A DNA stretch of 62,000 nt. Origin: Octopus vulgaris (lineage: Eukaryota). Under the pieces are notes generated by a model. The model was not told where the DNA came from, made no database searches, and saw nothing but the letters and a program-made list of their open reading frames with translations. A program made the position numbers and the translations under genes. The stretch lies in the NCBI GenBank assembly GCA_951406725.2, contig OX597823.1, positions 26,122,001 to 26,184,000 on the forward strand, read 5' to 3'. This document shows, one piece after another, positions 1-13,119 of this stretch; position 1 is the first letter of the stretch, and the number at the start of each line of letters is the position of its first letter.

Positions 1-213
1 GCTAGAAGTTGAGATTTGGTGGCTATTTCTAGCAGATCAAATGACCACACAATCTTCTTTCTTGTAATTTATGATTATTATTATCATTATTGTTGTTGTT
101 GGATTTCAGATCCCATCTCATTGAACATACCTATGAATAAAAGCCTCCCAGCTATTACTGTTCCTTTTACTTTTACATACAAGGACTAAATACATTTGCC
201 AATATCTATTCCT

Positions 214-431
214 GGCAAGCTGGTAGAATCATTAGCATGCCGGGTGAAGTGCTTAGCAGTATCTCGTCTGCCATTATGTTCTGAGTTCAAATTCCGCTGA
301 GGTCGACTTTGCCTTTCATTCTTTCGGGGTCGATTAAATAAGTACCAGTTACACACTGGGGTCGATGTAATCAACTTAACCCCTTTGTCTGTCCTCTATG
401 TTCAGCCCCCTGTGGGCAATAAAGAAATAAA
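214..431 (+). mobile_element. tRNA-derived SINE, family A (representative copy)
   Basis: B-box-like GAGTTCAAATTCC followed by GTCGACTTTGCCTTTCATT/CCTTTCGGGGTCGAT..AAGTACCAG. Same sequence at about 3511-3727(+), 20340-20555(+), 24726-24965(-), 25016-25214(-), 27445-27656(+), 39230-39430(+), 43775-44003(+), 52570-52795(+), 56210-56425(-), 56590-56790(-), with degenerate copies at 31.5-32.9 kb (-). Boundaries approximate. Confidence 0.8.
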
Positions 432-1521
432 TATTTATTCCCTTTTAGTAGGTTGTAATTGGAGAGAATTTGGTTGCTATTTCTAGCAGGCAAAACAATC
501 ATATAGAGTCTCCTTTATTGGTTCAAGGTAAAGGCATGGTAATTTGTGATGGCAAAACAAGCAAGTTCTCAACTAGTAAAACCTGAAATTCTCACTACCT
601 CTTCAGGTAGTCTGTTAAAAATGTCTCGTTAATAAGTCACACAGCTGTCACAAACCAGTTCAGGTCAGAATATTTGCTATATAGATAAAAGATTTTTTTT
701 TAAAATAAAACTCTCTGACTGAAATCCATTTAGCCTTATATAGTTATATTTCTACCAAGTATCAAGTAATGTAATGACAGAAATGGTAAGCTGTTCACAC
801 TTAGTGTCTTTGGTTACATCCATTTATAGGCACAGGATTGGCTGTGTGGTAAGAAGTTTGCTTCTCAACCACATGGTTCCAAGTTCTATCTCATTGTGTG
901 ACACTTTGAGTAAGTGTCTTCTTTTATAGCCACAAACCAACCAAAGCCTTGTGAGTGGATTTCATAGACAGAAACTGAAAGAATTCTGCCACATATGCAT
1001 ATAAATATGTGTGTGTGTGTGTGTGTTAGTGTCTCTTTGTGAAGACATCATGTGATAGTTGTAAATGAGTGTCAGCATCACACACATGGTGTCCTTCATT
1101 TCTATTCTTCCATAGAAAACATCTGACCATGGGGAAATATTATCTTACCTGGAAGCATGTAAGGGTTGGTAACAGGAAGGGCATCCAATCAAAGAGATCC
1201 TGCCTCAGTAAATGCTGTCCAATCCATGTAAGCATAGAAAAGAGGACGTTAAGTGATGATGATTTATGTTCTAAACTTAAAAACCTGCGTTTTTTCATGG
1301 TTTCATCAGAGGTAGAATAGAACCCATAATTTTTTTCAAGTCCCCAGAGCTTGATAGAGAGAGAGAGGAAGAGAGGAAACTATTCATAGACCAGAGATTT
1401 GGCAATAATACGACCACAGAGAGGGTGCTATTAAAGGAATGCAAGGACAAGGTGATGCTGTTAAATTAAGCAATGAATTAAGTTGACCATTCCAAAACAA
1501 GATTGGTCTCTCTCTTTACCC

Positions 1522-1904
1522 TTACTCTTTTACTTGTTTCAGTCATTTGACTGCGGCCATGCTGGAGCACTGCCTTTAGTTGAGCAAATCGACCCCAGGA
1601 CTTATTCTTTGTAAGCCTAGTATTTATCCTATTGGTCTCTTTTGCTGAACCGTTAAGTTACAGGGATGTAAACACCCCAGCATCGGTTGTCAAGTGATGT
1701 GGGAGGTGGGGGACAAACACAGACACACACACATATACATGACGGGCTTCTTTCAGTTTCCGTCTACGAAATCCACTCACAAGGCTTTGATCAGCCCAAG
1801 GCTATAGTAGAAGACACTTACCCAAGGTGCCACGAAGTGGGACTAAACCCAGAACCAGGTGGTTGGTAAGCAAGCTACTTACCACACAGCCACTCCTACA
1901 CCTA
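1522..1904 (-). mobile_element. tRNA-derived CORE-like SINE, family B, full length
   Basis: Reverse complement of the 6448-6870 copy: head, CORE-like GGCACCTTGGG(C/T)AAGTGTCTT, internal (CA/TA) spacer and short-repeat tail. Confidence 0.85.
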
Positions 1905-2866
1905 TGCAGTTTCTGTCCACTATATTTCACTTGTAAAGTTTTGGTCAATCTAAGGTTATGGTAAAAGACACATGCCCAATGTGCAACACAGCAAGATTGA
2001 ACCCAGAACCACATAGCTGTGGAATGAACTTCTTATCCACACAGCCATGTCTGCAACCACCTTAACTTTTCCTTGTTCTAGAGCCAAATGAAGGCAGTGG
2101 GTTTGCAAAATTGTTAGAGAGTTAGACAAAGTGCTTTGTAGTGTTTTTTCAGTCATTTTTACATTCTAATGTTAAATTCTGCTGAAAGGATTGATAAAAT
2201 GAAGTACCAGTCATGTATTGGTGTCAGTTGGTAGAGAGAGAGGAAGAGGGTGCTATTAAAGGAATGCAAGGACAAGGTGATACTGCCTATATCCATCCCA
2301 CCAAATTTGTAACCTAATGGCTCTGTTAGTAATTATTGTCTAAAGGTCAATAAAATAAGTAGCCAACTGCATCTTTCTCCCTCCACAATGATTTTTAGCT
2401 ATCTAAGAAGTCACTGTCATCACTTGGTATGGAAGATGCTTTGAGAACAAAATGGAAAAAAAAGAGAAAGCAGAAAAAATAAAACAATAAAAGTTTCTAC
2501 TCATATCTAATATAGCTTGTTGCCATTTATTGATATGGAACTTCAAGATAGCATCATGTACTGAACAGCAATATATGTTATTGTAATGAATTCCATCTAA
2601 CCCATGCAAGCATAAAAAAGTGGATGTTAAAACAATTTTGACAATTGTGATGGTGGTGGGGGTGATGAGGATGTTGTGTAGTCCTGGTCGGCACCATTTG
2701 CCCAGGTGTATGGCATATAGTCACTTGAATGACTAAGTGCTATTCATAGAACTAGTGTTCCAGATTTACTGTGATCCTCCACCTGCTTGACTACCCCTGC
2801 TGTATGGTGGTGTATGATATGAAGTGCAACATAACAGATAGAACTTGGAACCATGTGGTTGAGAAG

Positions 2867-2932
2867 CAAAGACACTAATCTAACCAAAGACACTAATCTA
2901 ACCAAAGACACTAATCTAACCAAAGACACTAA
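2867..2932. repeat. 18-bp tandem repeat CAAAGACACTAATCTAAC x3.7
   Basis: Three perfect units at 2867, 2885 and 2903, plus a partial unit at 2921. Confidence 0.95.
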
Positions 2933-4429
2933 GTGTGAACAGCTTACCATTTCTGTCATTACATTACTTGATACTGTATTTTCTCCACTGTCCAATCTGT
3001 TCCTGTATTCCTGTAAGAGGAAACAAAGTAGACTTGGTCAGAATGACAGTTGCTGTTTTTGTTTATAATATATTATAAATGCTGTAGAAACTAGAAACTG
3101 ATGGCATGTCACAAGGATGGCAGCAGTAGAAAATATCTGCAAAGATGTCTACTCTTTTGGTTTTCAATTTAAAAACGCTTTTTGCTTTGTGGAATGATAG
3201 CACAGTTTCTAACTTGTGTTTTGAGTTAACTAGGGAGCACCTATGGCGTCATTTGACCCACTAGAAAAAGTAGTCAAATCTCCCTCAAATCCCTCTTTGC
3301 TGTCTTTAAAAAGAAGGGGAGGATATATTGAATAGTGTAATGCTAGATGTTATAAGAAAATGGGAGAGTTGTGGGCTGGGATTCCTTTGGTCAAAGATTG
3401 GCTGAGTAGGATTGACTAGGGTTAAAAAACATGATTTAACTGAGAGATTACCTTCATCCTTATCTTCCTCCTCTTCATCATCATTGTAGTTTTAATGTTT
3501 ACTTTCACATAAGGTGGTGAGCTGGTAGAAACATTAGCACGCCGGGTGAAATGCTTAGTGGTATTTCATCTGTCTTTACGTTCTGAGTTCAAATTCCGTT
3601 GAAGTTCACTTTGCCTTTCATCCTTTTAGGGTCGATAAATTAAGTACCAGTTGCTTACGGAGGTTGATCTAATTGCCTGGTCCCCTCCCCTAAAATTTCA
3701 GGCCTTGTGCCTAGAGTAGAAAAAAATGTTTACTTTGCATGCTTGCATGGGTCACATAAAACTATATTAGGGTAGTGTTTTCTAAGATTGGATGCCACCC
3801 ACTTGTTTCCAAGTGAGACAATGATATCCCAGTCTACCAAACAACAAATAGTTTGGACATGTTTACTGGGAGAACTAGAAACAAACAACACCATAAGAAT
3901 AAAGCTTTTTGTTGATAAAGATCATACAACATGTTAAAACATGTCAAAAAGCCAGGACATGCTTTCATGGTGGAGTGCAAGCAAATCACTGAAGCCATTG
4001 TTTAAAATCAGCAAATGAACACATGTAAACAAGAAAATATGAACTCACTCATATGTGCACACATACAAGTGGTTGTTTTCAGTTTCCATTTACCAAGTCT
4101 TTGGTCAGCCTATGGCTATAGTAGAAAATATTTGCCTAAGGTGCCATGCAGTAGGACTGAACCTGAAACCATATATTTGGGAAATAAACTTCTTAGGCAC
4201 ACAGCCATGCCTTTTATTTTACAAATGTCACAAGTTTCATGCCATCATTTTGTGCTTGTCTGTTTGCTTCAAAAAGATTCTTCTTCAAATAATGACTTTT
4301 ATTAAGAAATGTTTTGTCATGTCATCAGGTTAGCATCATGGAACAAGAATGGTTCAGCTCCAGACTATAAATCATTGAGAAGAATTACCTGGAGACACCA
4401 TCTGCAATAAACATAATAACTGAATAAAT

Positions 4430-5320
4430 GTTATCATGCATAATGTAGTGAGAACAACAAAAAAAAGTCAATTAATTAAAGTTACATTTCCTCTGAAGAG
4501 AAGTGTTAACATAGGATCCATAACTAATGTTAAAAATAGTGGATCTGTTTGGTTTGGTTGCCAGCATTTCAAAAATCAAAGTTTATTAAAAAATTTTTTA
4601 TGTGGCACATTAGTATACTTTTCCAAGCTGAATTGCTGGAGCTATTTCACTTTTTCCAGGAAAATGTTTTTAAAAAGTTATAGAGGTTTAAAGTTCGATC
4701 ATTTCCACCCAGTCAGGAAACAGGATTTGGAAGCTGTCATTTTGTGCATGACTGCACATTTTGTCAACATCCTGGGAATAGCACATATTGTCAAGAAAGA
4801 GTAAACAACATGCCTTTTGTAGTTTTAAGCATTATGATAGCATGAGATTTATCCAAAACGTTTTTAGGTATAACACCCTTTTCTTGTAGGTATGACACAG
4901 TATCCTCCTCTGTTCTTTGTGTCCCCACCACAGAAGCAAGTTTACCAGAGCTTGCTGCCATAATCAAACAGTATAATTTCCAACAGAACACAGCATCAAA
5001 AAGTCAACACATATATATATTTGTCAACACATGCTTTCTCGCAGACAAAAGAGTTCTCGGTTCTGCTTGTTACAATGAAAACAGGCACACGCTTTCTCAC
5101 AGACAAAAGAGTTCTCATGTTATGCTTGTTACTATGGAAAGAGGCATGACTGTGTCTGTGGCTTATGATTGGCTAAAAGTACCCCAAATTTTCAAACTTT
5201 AATTGCTAATAACTCTTTATTTATTGATTTACATGATTCATTAGCCTATAAAAATGTATCATTACACTGAATATGAAATTAATTCAAACACAATTGATAC
5301 TGGCAGCCAAATCAAATAGA
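4430..5320 (-). pseudogene. Possible decayed ISXO2/Merlin-like transposase N-terminal relic
   Basis: Minus-strand peptide EEDTVSYLQEKGVIPKNV and downstream Cys-containing remnants resemble the N-terminal region of ISXO2-like (Merlin) transposases. Possible GG terminus (GGCTGCCAGTATC on minus) ends at 5320. No catalytic DDE seen. Confidence 0.3.
5028..5144. repeat. 58-bp tandem duplication
   Basis: CACA(T/C)GCTTTCTC(G/A)CAGACAAAAGAGTTCTC...TGCTTGTTAC starts at 5028 and at 5086. Confidence 0.8.
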
Positions 5321-6447
5321 TCCAAAAAAAGCTGTAGTTCTTACAAATTATTTAGAATGTAGCATGAAGATGAAGTCATTAACATGAAAGCTGGTGTAAA
5401 ATTAATTGTGGTTTTAGATTTGATCCCACAATGCAGCGTTTTGGGTAAGTATTTTCTACTACAACATAGGTGAGTGGATAGAGCCGTTACAAAGTCAGAT
5501 GAGATGTATTGTGGTATTTACTCTGGGATTTTGTACACTGAGTGCAAATCTCACATTGGTCAACTTTACTTTTCATCCTTCACTGGTGAAAGTATTAGTG
5601 TCAGACAGGAAGTGTTTTGGTATTTATTCTGATTACTTCCATTCTGAGTTTAAATCCCACCATAACATACTTGGGTGGTAGATTTAGTCTGTCATCCAGT
5701 TTAATACCCCCACCTTGGATGTATTTAGCAACAAAAGCCCAGTAAAGGGTCATGGACACTGTCCTTCTTTCCTGACTAAAATATAGAAACAAAACAACCA
5801 AAATCTTGTGAGCAAAATAACCCATCAGAAGGAGAGATGAGCCATTCTTAGGAAATACACTTAATTCGTCATCTGATTTAGCCCCTTTGATACCAATCTA
5901 CCTGACACTTGCCCCGGTTCAATGGTTCAAACTTTCTATTTTTAAGTAATCTAGATTATAACCTTCTCTCACATTACCATGCTAATTAATGTTCCAAACT
6001 CCAGTTTAATAATGAATAAATTATTTTATGTTATTCTTCATTATTTTCAAAATTCATTGAATCTAATGTTATGCATTTCAACAGAATAATGATAAAGAAA
6101 GTGTTAACTCCAGTACCTGGTCATTGTGTGCTTTAGCAGAGTCCACTCTGTTGAAAGCATTCTTTGCAACACACTAGTTATTCCATACTTCCTTTTTTGT
6201 GCTTGCAGAGCCATATCCACTTGAGTTGCCAGGAACTTAAAACCTAACCTAAGCTTTAGGAGCTATTAAATGTCAGTATTTAATTAACTCTGGTTTCATT
6301 GCACAAGGTGAACGGCAGTTCTTCTCCTGAAAAGAACAGCAATCTAGTGCAGATAACATTCCTATATGATTTGGCAGTACCCACTCTACCAAATAGCTAG
6401 GATGAACTATGGCAATGTAGGCTCAAACCACAACAAAAATTATCAAC

Positions 6448-6870
6448 AGGCGCAGGAGTGGCTGTGCGGCAAGTAGCTTGCTTACCATACATATGGTTCC
6501 AGGTTCAGTCCCACTGTGTGACACCTTGGGCAAGTGTCTTCTACTATAGCCTCGGGCCGACCAAAGCCTTGTGAGTGGATTTGGTAGACGGAAACTGAAA
6601 GAAGCCCATCGTACATATGTGTATATTTATATATATCTATATATATATATGTATGTGTGTGTCTGTGTTTGTCCCCCCAACATCGCTTGACAACCGATGC
6701 TGGTGTGTTTACATCCCTGCAACTTAACGATTCAGCAAAAGAGACTGACAGAATAAGTACTAAGCTTACAGAGAATAAGCCCCGGGGTCGATTTGCTCGA
6801 CTAAAGGTGGTGCTCCAGCATGGCCGCAGTCAAATGACTGAAACAAGTAAAAGAGTAAAGAGTAAAGAGT
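6448..6870 (+). mobile_element. tRNA-derived CORE-like SINE, family B, full length
   Basis: GCAGGAGTGGCTGTG..., GGTTCAGTCCC B-box-like motif, CACCTTGGGCAAGTGTCTT, internal TA/TG tract, second module, (AGAGTAA)n tail. Other copies at about 826-1030(+), 1905-2050(-), 4060-4215(-), 12264-12669(+), 17170-17405(-), 35420-35600(-), 38540-38715(-), 42880-43030(-), 46310-46450(-), 52888-53162(-). Confidence 0.85.
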
Positions 6871-8135
6871 GGATCTAATTTGAACCTCTTGACTACGATT
6901 TGGTAGTTTAATACTCTGGCCACTTGGCCATTTTGTCTGTACACATCACAACCAGTTTCCTCAAATTCTAGTGTTTATTCTTTTGTGTGAAAAAAACAAT
7001 ATAAAGTTAAATATGTTTGTATAACAAGAGAAGGAAAATCTGGCATTTCAAGTAATGTCCAAGTAGACAATTACAGTTCCTCTTGAATTTTGATTTTTAT
7101 CTGTTCCATGCCAAAGCATAAATTGAGATATCTTGATGTGTCATGAGGAAAAGGAATGTCTAACATTTTTGCAGCAGTGCCAAAGAAGCAAATAACTAGT
7201 CTTCTTGAATTCTTAGTGTTTATGCCTTTTTTTTTATAAAAAAATACCTGAACAAAGGTAACTAGGTGTGTTGTAAAGAATAGAAAAATCTTAAATATTA
7301 TGCAAGGTCAAAGCAGACAACCATTAAACTCTTTGAAATAGCATTTTTAACCTTTCTGTAAAATACTAGAAAGGGAAATATACTGATGTAGCTTTAGGAA
7401 TAAGAGAATTTAGTATATTAAGTAAGGCCTGGGGTGGTGGACGGGCAGTATGTTGTTGTTGTTATTGTCGTCAGTATCAGCATTGGTGGCAGCAAATGTG
7501 GCGTTGGTGTCAGCATTAGTGTCACCACTATCGTCATCATCATCATTTAATGTCCATTTTCCTTGCTGACATGAGCTAGATGATTTTATTAGAGCTGGCA
7601 AGCAAGAGGACTATGCTAAGCTCTTCTGTCTATTTTGACATGGTTTCTGTGACTGGATTCCCTCCTTAATGCCAACCACTTTGCAGAGTGTTATGAATGA
7701 CCAATAATTCCTGGCTCAAAGAAACTAATTTCTAATCATAGTCCAAAACAGTAAAGTGTCATATAGTGCTATCCATGATATTCCAAATTAAATGTGTTAT
7801 TCAAAATGGCCATTCTCTCTCTCTCTCTCTGATCACCAAATGTGTATGCCTTTTATGTCAAGGGAAATCACTGAAATCATAACACTATTTGCATAACATT
7901 CACCCCCACTTAAAATAAATTTTTATAGATCAAGCCTTTCCAGGGTTTTCAGAATTCTTTGAGATCGATGCAGTTGAAGGGACTTTTCTTGTTGTTTTAG
8001 AGCGTTATCTTTAATGACTCAAATGCTTTTACTTGTTGGCTATTAAGAAGAAATTTCAAGGCATTATTGAGAGAATATATTTTGTCAGAAAATTTGGAGA
8101 TCCACTTAGCATAAGAAAACACACTGACAGGCATA

Positions 8136-8199
8136 TGGCATAGTGGGCAAGAGCGTGGGCTACTAACGCCAAGATTCCGAGTTCGATTCCAGGCAGTGA

Positions 8200-8204
<5 letters not shown>
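8136..8204 (+). mobile_element. Short tRNA-like SINE head followed by (AAT)n
   Basis: A box TGGCATAGTGG (8136-8146), B box GTTCGATTCC (about 8181-8190), then (AAT)n to about 8243. No acceptor stem, so not called as a tRNA gene. Confidence 0.6.
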
Positions 8205-8234
<30 letters not shown>

Positions 8235-8245
8235 TTAATAATAAA

Positions 8246-8606
8246 ATGCCCTGATGCAGTACCAGGCAGTGGCTCTCATGGCTTCTGATCTTGACTGATT
8301 GGAAGTGTTATCATGTACATCATTTTGTCTTCATATAAAAGATGGGCTACAGCAAATATTCTGCTCGATATCACAGATTTGCTTTCAGTTGTTTGACTTT
8401 AACCAGTTGAGCATGTCCCTTTGTAGCTGACGATATGTGCATCTCTGATCACGAGCAGAAGAAGTGGGGGAGCATCATAGCCATGTGTTGAGAGGGATTC
8501 TTTGGGGTTTGAATAATTCACCTCTGGAAACATGGATGTTTCGTTCAACATTCAGAGACCTTTTGAGTAGGATGGGTTACTCGACCAGAAGAAAATTCTA
8601 ACTGGG
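8246..8606 (+). mobile_element. Non-coding repeat family D, 5' part, directly after (AAT)n
   Basis: About 8330-8606 is the reverse complement of about 55910-56200 (e.g. GTTGAGAGGGATTCTTTGGGGTTTGAATAATTCACCTCTGGAAACATGG). Confidence 0.75.
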
Positions 8607-9539
8607 TAGGAGTCTTGCTGTAGAAGAGAAACAAGGATACCCCAGTTGGAGAAGAAGGGAGACAAAGAGAGACTTAAGAAAGAAAGATAGAGATGGAGAG
8701 AGTGAGAGGGATGGTGGTGGATATGTGTCAGGACATACCAGTGAGGTATTTAGTAACAAGCCTTTGTGTGCTCTGAGTTCAAATTCTGCCAATGTCAGCT
8801 TTATATTTTTATCCTTCTATGGTCAATAAAATGAATACAAATCAAATAATAGGGTCACTATATTCAAACAGACCTTCTCCCAAAAACTTGTGACTTTGTG
8901 CTTGTTAGAAATCAATTGATGGAGCAGAGCCTAAGCAGACATTAAATAGTCTTCATGAATTTTAAATGACATTCCTTTGTCATCATGGTTAAGTCATATT
9001 AATCATTAGAAATACACGTACATTGTTACATTCACTTTATTTTTATTGTTATTTTGTTGTAATAATAGTATAAATTATTAAACAACCTTTCCTTTTTATA
9101 TCCTTTAGACTTTCAGATTTTACATTAATAATACAAATCTCTATCAGCAGATATTTTATTTTGTTCCTGTATTTAAATTTTTTTTTTAAAATTGAGACTC
9201 CCTGGTTTTTCTCTTCCCAAATCATCATTGACAATTCTTTTAGTGCCTTCTGTTTTCATTCCAGTCAATTCTATCGATATAATTCTCTCCTCAGCAGTCT
9301 CCATAAATAATTTGCATCTTCTCATACAACAGCTGCTATCTTTAAACCATATCTCTTCAGCTTTCACTGCCAGAAGCTGGCTTTCCTTTCCAAAACTACT
9401 GGTCTCCTAACTTCAACACTTTGGCAACAGTGCACTTGCCTTTATTATGTTCTTTGCTGACAGCTATTCTGCTTTAACTCTAAGGATATTTCACTGAAAC
9501 AAAGACACTTCTGAGGAAAATTTAATATTCAGGTGGTCT

Positions 9540-9761
9540 TCCTATGCTTTAATCTTGTTGTTGTTGTTTCCCTGGTTGCTAGTCTTGTTGTTGTTGTTGT
9601 TGTTATTGCAGTTGGTGTTAAGAACATATTTACTTTGGTAATATTTACATACATGCATATATATTGTATGTATATATGTTTGTGTGTGTGTGTATATATA
9701 CATACATACACCAAACACATATATATATATTTGTAGATACATCCATCCATCCATATATATA

Positions 9762-9792
<31 letters not shown>

Positions 9793-10040
9793 GTATGTAT
9801 ATATATATATATATATATAAGTATGTATGTATGTATATATCTATATATTTGTGTATATACAAACATACATATCTATATATATATATATACACACACGCAC
9901 ATATATATATATATACATACACATAAATATATATAGATATACATATGTATATATACGTGTAAATATGTGTATATGAATATATATATATCATAGATCCATT
10001 CATAACTGTGTATATATCTGTGTGTGTGTGTGCATGTGTG
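9540..10040. repeat. Compound microsatellite (GTT)n, (TA)n, (TG)n
   Basis: Visible directly. Source of several spurious Y/I-rich ORFs. Confidence 0.95.
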
Positions 10041-10264
10041 TGATGTAAATATTAACAAATCCAATAGCTTGGTTTTCAATTTTCAGTCATTTCTTTATCT
10101 GTAAGATCTGTAGAATCACATGTATGAAAAATGGATTTTGTGATGTTCCCATACATACCAAAAGTAGTTTATTATGTGTGCATATATATATGCACTTACA
10201 AACTCTCCACAGTTGCTACTGTATCTTAATGCTTTGTGATATGATTCAGGATTTTATTAATTAA

Positions 10265-10484
10265 ACCTTTCTTTACCAACCCAGTTGAAACCGGCTCTGG
10301 CTCCGAATACAAATGTCTTGTCTTCATAAGTTTTGAATTAAAATCTTCCACCAGACTTTAGTCACAGTTTATGTTCCTAACACTAGCTTAATGATAACTA
10401 CGTTCTTTCACTAATTTCTTTGTTATCTTTAAAGTAATTGAAAGAAACACAGAGCATCGCAAAATAAATACAGTAATGAAAGGG
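10265..10484. mobile_element. TTAA-flanked piggyBac-like MITE (decayed ends)
   Basis: Highly similar to 20082-20300. Starts after TTAA and ends AAAGGG. Confidence 0.65.
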
Positions 10485-13119
10485 TAAAACCTTTAGTTGT
10501 ATTGAAAAGTACTAACAATAGTACAATAAGTGTGTGTATACATACATACGTAATTATGTATGGTACAGAGTCATGCAATGCACACCAGCTGAAGAAGAGC
10601 AGTGACCAAATCATTAAACAAAACAAGTTTTTCCCATCAGTTTGACAAAGTTATATCTAAATATGTTTACATCTACTGCAGTTAAATAAATTAAATAGGC
10701 CATACTCTTTGCAAGGCTCTCTAGAAACTAGTTGTAAAGAGTAAGCTTAAAATGAACCAGTACAAGTGAACAAACAAAGCATTTAGAAATAGGGATAAGG
10801 CCCATTTGACAGCTGACATTTCATTTCACCCACCTGCTCTTCTGAATCAATGTTACAGATATAAGACCAGTAATGTGGGTCAACCAGTGGGTGGATTCAC
10901 TAAAGGTTAAAGGTTATCATTTCACCTCACCCTCACTCTGTTTGGTTTTATAAATGGAATCAAATCTTTAATTGATTTTTAAAGTGCTTTTTCTTGTTAC
11001 AAAGGAATTTTAATAATTGATATATTGCCATTTCCCCCCACCATTTTTATTGTAGAACATAGAATAAAGGAGTTTTCAAAGATGCTAGTGGTGATGGTTA
11101 TTGTTTTGATCCAGGCTAGTCCTGATTCTACAGATCTGTCATTGAAAGCTTTCTGCCTGTGACCATCCTCTTCTTTTCAAGAGACAAAATGTGTGTTTCT
11201 AGAACTACATTTTTGATGTACCCTTCCTTGTTATTTAGCCTCTTATCCAATAAATCTATGATCATTTGTATTCTATCTATGACCAACTAATCTTTTTTTA
11301 GGCATCATCATCATCGTTGTACATCATTGTTTACATCAGCTTTGTCATGCTGGCTTGCATTTAGCATATTTTCTGTGATAATGTTTTAGGGCCAGATGTC
11401 CTTCCTGTTATCAAACCCTTTTAGTCGTCTCTTGTGACATGCAAGGATTTGATGTGTCTATTCTAAAACTAGGGTATGCAAATTAATATAAAATATGTAT
11501 TACTACATTGCCTAATGTGGCCCTTGCTTTTTAAAGACAGTAGAACATGGCTTGAGGGACATTTGACAGCTATTCCTAGGAAGACAAGCAACTGCAGTAT
11601 TCTTCATCACTTTAGTGTTGAAGTAGCAGAGAAGCAGGACTAAATTATATTTCAGTGTTTTGTTGTGTTGCTTTATATTCTGAGTTCAAATCCATTTGAA
11701 GTTGGCCTCCATAAGAAGAAATCATGACCAAAAAGAACATATTTGTATTCTGTATTCCATTCCAAGCAGTTGTAGCAGTTGATATAAAGGTGAAACAAAG
11801 TACCCATTAAATGGAAAGCAAGAGGAACATCATATGCTGTAATCTGCAGGGAGAGAGAAAAATCAGGCATGGTTCATCATTTGTGGAGGGAAAATGGATG
11901 TCACCAATCCTCGTGGAACAACCAAGAATAGAGAGCGAAAACAACACTGAAATACAGGATGACTGAAATAATCAGGATATATGTTGGGCTTTCATAATTT
12001 GTTGATTAGCCTAGCATAATGATGAATATCATTAAGAAAGCTTTAATATTAAACCTACAGAAAATTTAGATTTTAAGTTCCTAATGCTGATAACTTAAAT
12101 ATCCTATGGAGCAATGTGATAGTGAACATAAACACTGATTGAACATTTTGATATCAACCTACCTTGATATGAAGATTACTTCTGGTTTATCAAATCCTTG
12201 CATGTCAATGAAATAAACTGCGTTTTAAATTGATTTAAATGAAAAACTTTTGCCAAAATTTCACATAAGCATAGGAGTGGCTGTTCAGTCCCACTGCATG
12301 GCACCCTGGGCAAGTGTCTTCTACTATAGCCTCAGGCTGGCTAAAGCCTTGTGAGTGGATTTGGTAGACGGAAACTGAAAGAAGCCCGTCGTATATATGT
12401 ATATGTATGTGTGTGTATATATGTTTGTGTGTGTATGTTTGGGTGTCTGTGTTTGTCCCTCCAACACCGCTTGACAACCAATGCTGGTGTGTTTATGTCC
12501 CTGTAACTTAGTGCTTCAGCAAAAGAGACCGATAGAATAAGTACTAGGCTTACAAAGAATAAGTCCTGGTGTCGATTTGGTCAACACCAGGATTTGCTGG
12601 AGCAATCCTGTGGCAGTGCTCCAGCATGGCCACAGTCAAATGACTGAAACAAGTAAAAGAGAAAGAGTATTAAAAAGCTTGCATCCCAACCAACTGGTTT
12701 TAAGTTCACCTTGGGAAAGTGTCTTCTACTATAGCCCAGGATTGACCAATGCTTTGTGAGACAATATGAAAGCCTGCCATGTGTGTGTGTGTGCATGCGC
12801 AAATATTAACATTTCATGACTTTGCTTATTACCATGTTTAGATTCCTTGTTAACCTTATGACCAATCCCTCTGCATGTTCAAAGACCTGTGGAATAAGAG
12901 AATCCCTTTCTTTAAAAACAAGTAACAGTTGATGATAGGAAGAATATCCAGCTGTAAAATCCTGCCTTGAATAATTCCCTGCCTAACCCATGGGAAATGG
13001 ATATCAATCCTTTTGATATCAACCTGCCTGGGACTACCCCTGGTTCTATGATACAAACTTCCTATTTCAGAGTGATCTATTTGTTTGTATGCATATATCT
13101 ACTATATTATTATTTTACT

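Noticed and set aside
8136-8204. tRNA gene
   Set aside because: A and B boxes are present, but there is no acceptor stem pairing and it runs into (AAT)n; treated as a SINE head.
8246-8320. HDV-like ribozyme at the 5' end of family D
   Set aside because: I could not build a consistent P1-P4 double pseudoknot by hand; an RNArobo/Infernal search would settle it.
9529-10079. Cluster of Y/I/V/C-rich ORFs (likewise 36190-36669, 37387-37886, 44243-45120, 61657-61941)
   Set aside because: Translations of microsatellites.
10859-10905. Possible 47-nt exon (AG|ATATAAG...CTAAAG|GT)
   Set aside because: Weak donor (GTTAAA), no recognisable peptide and no supporting neighbouring exons.
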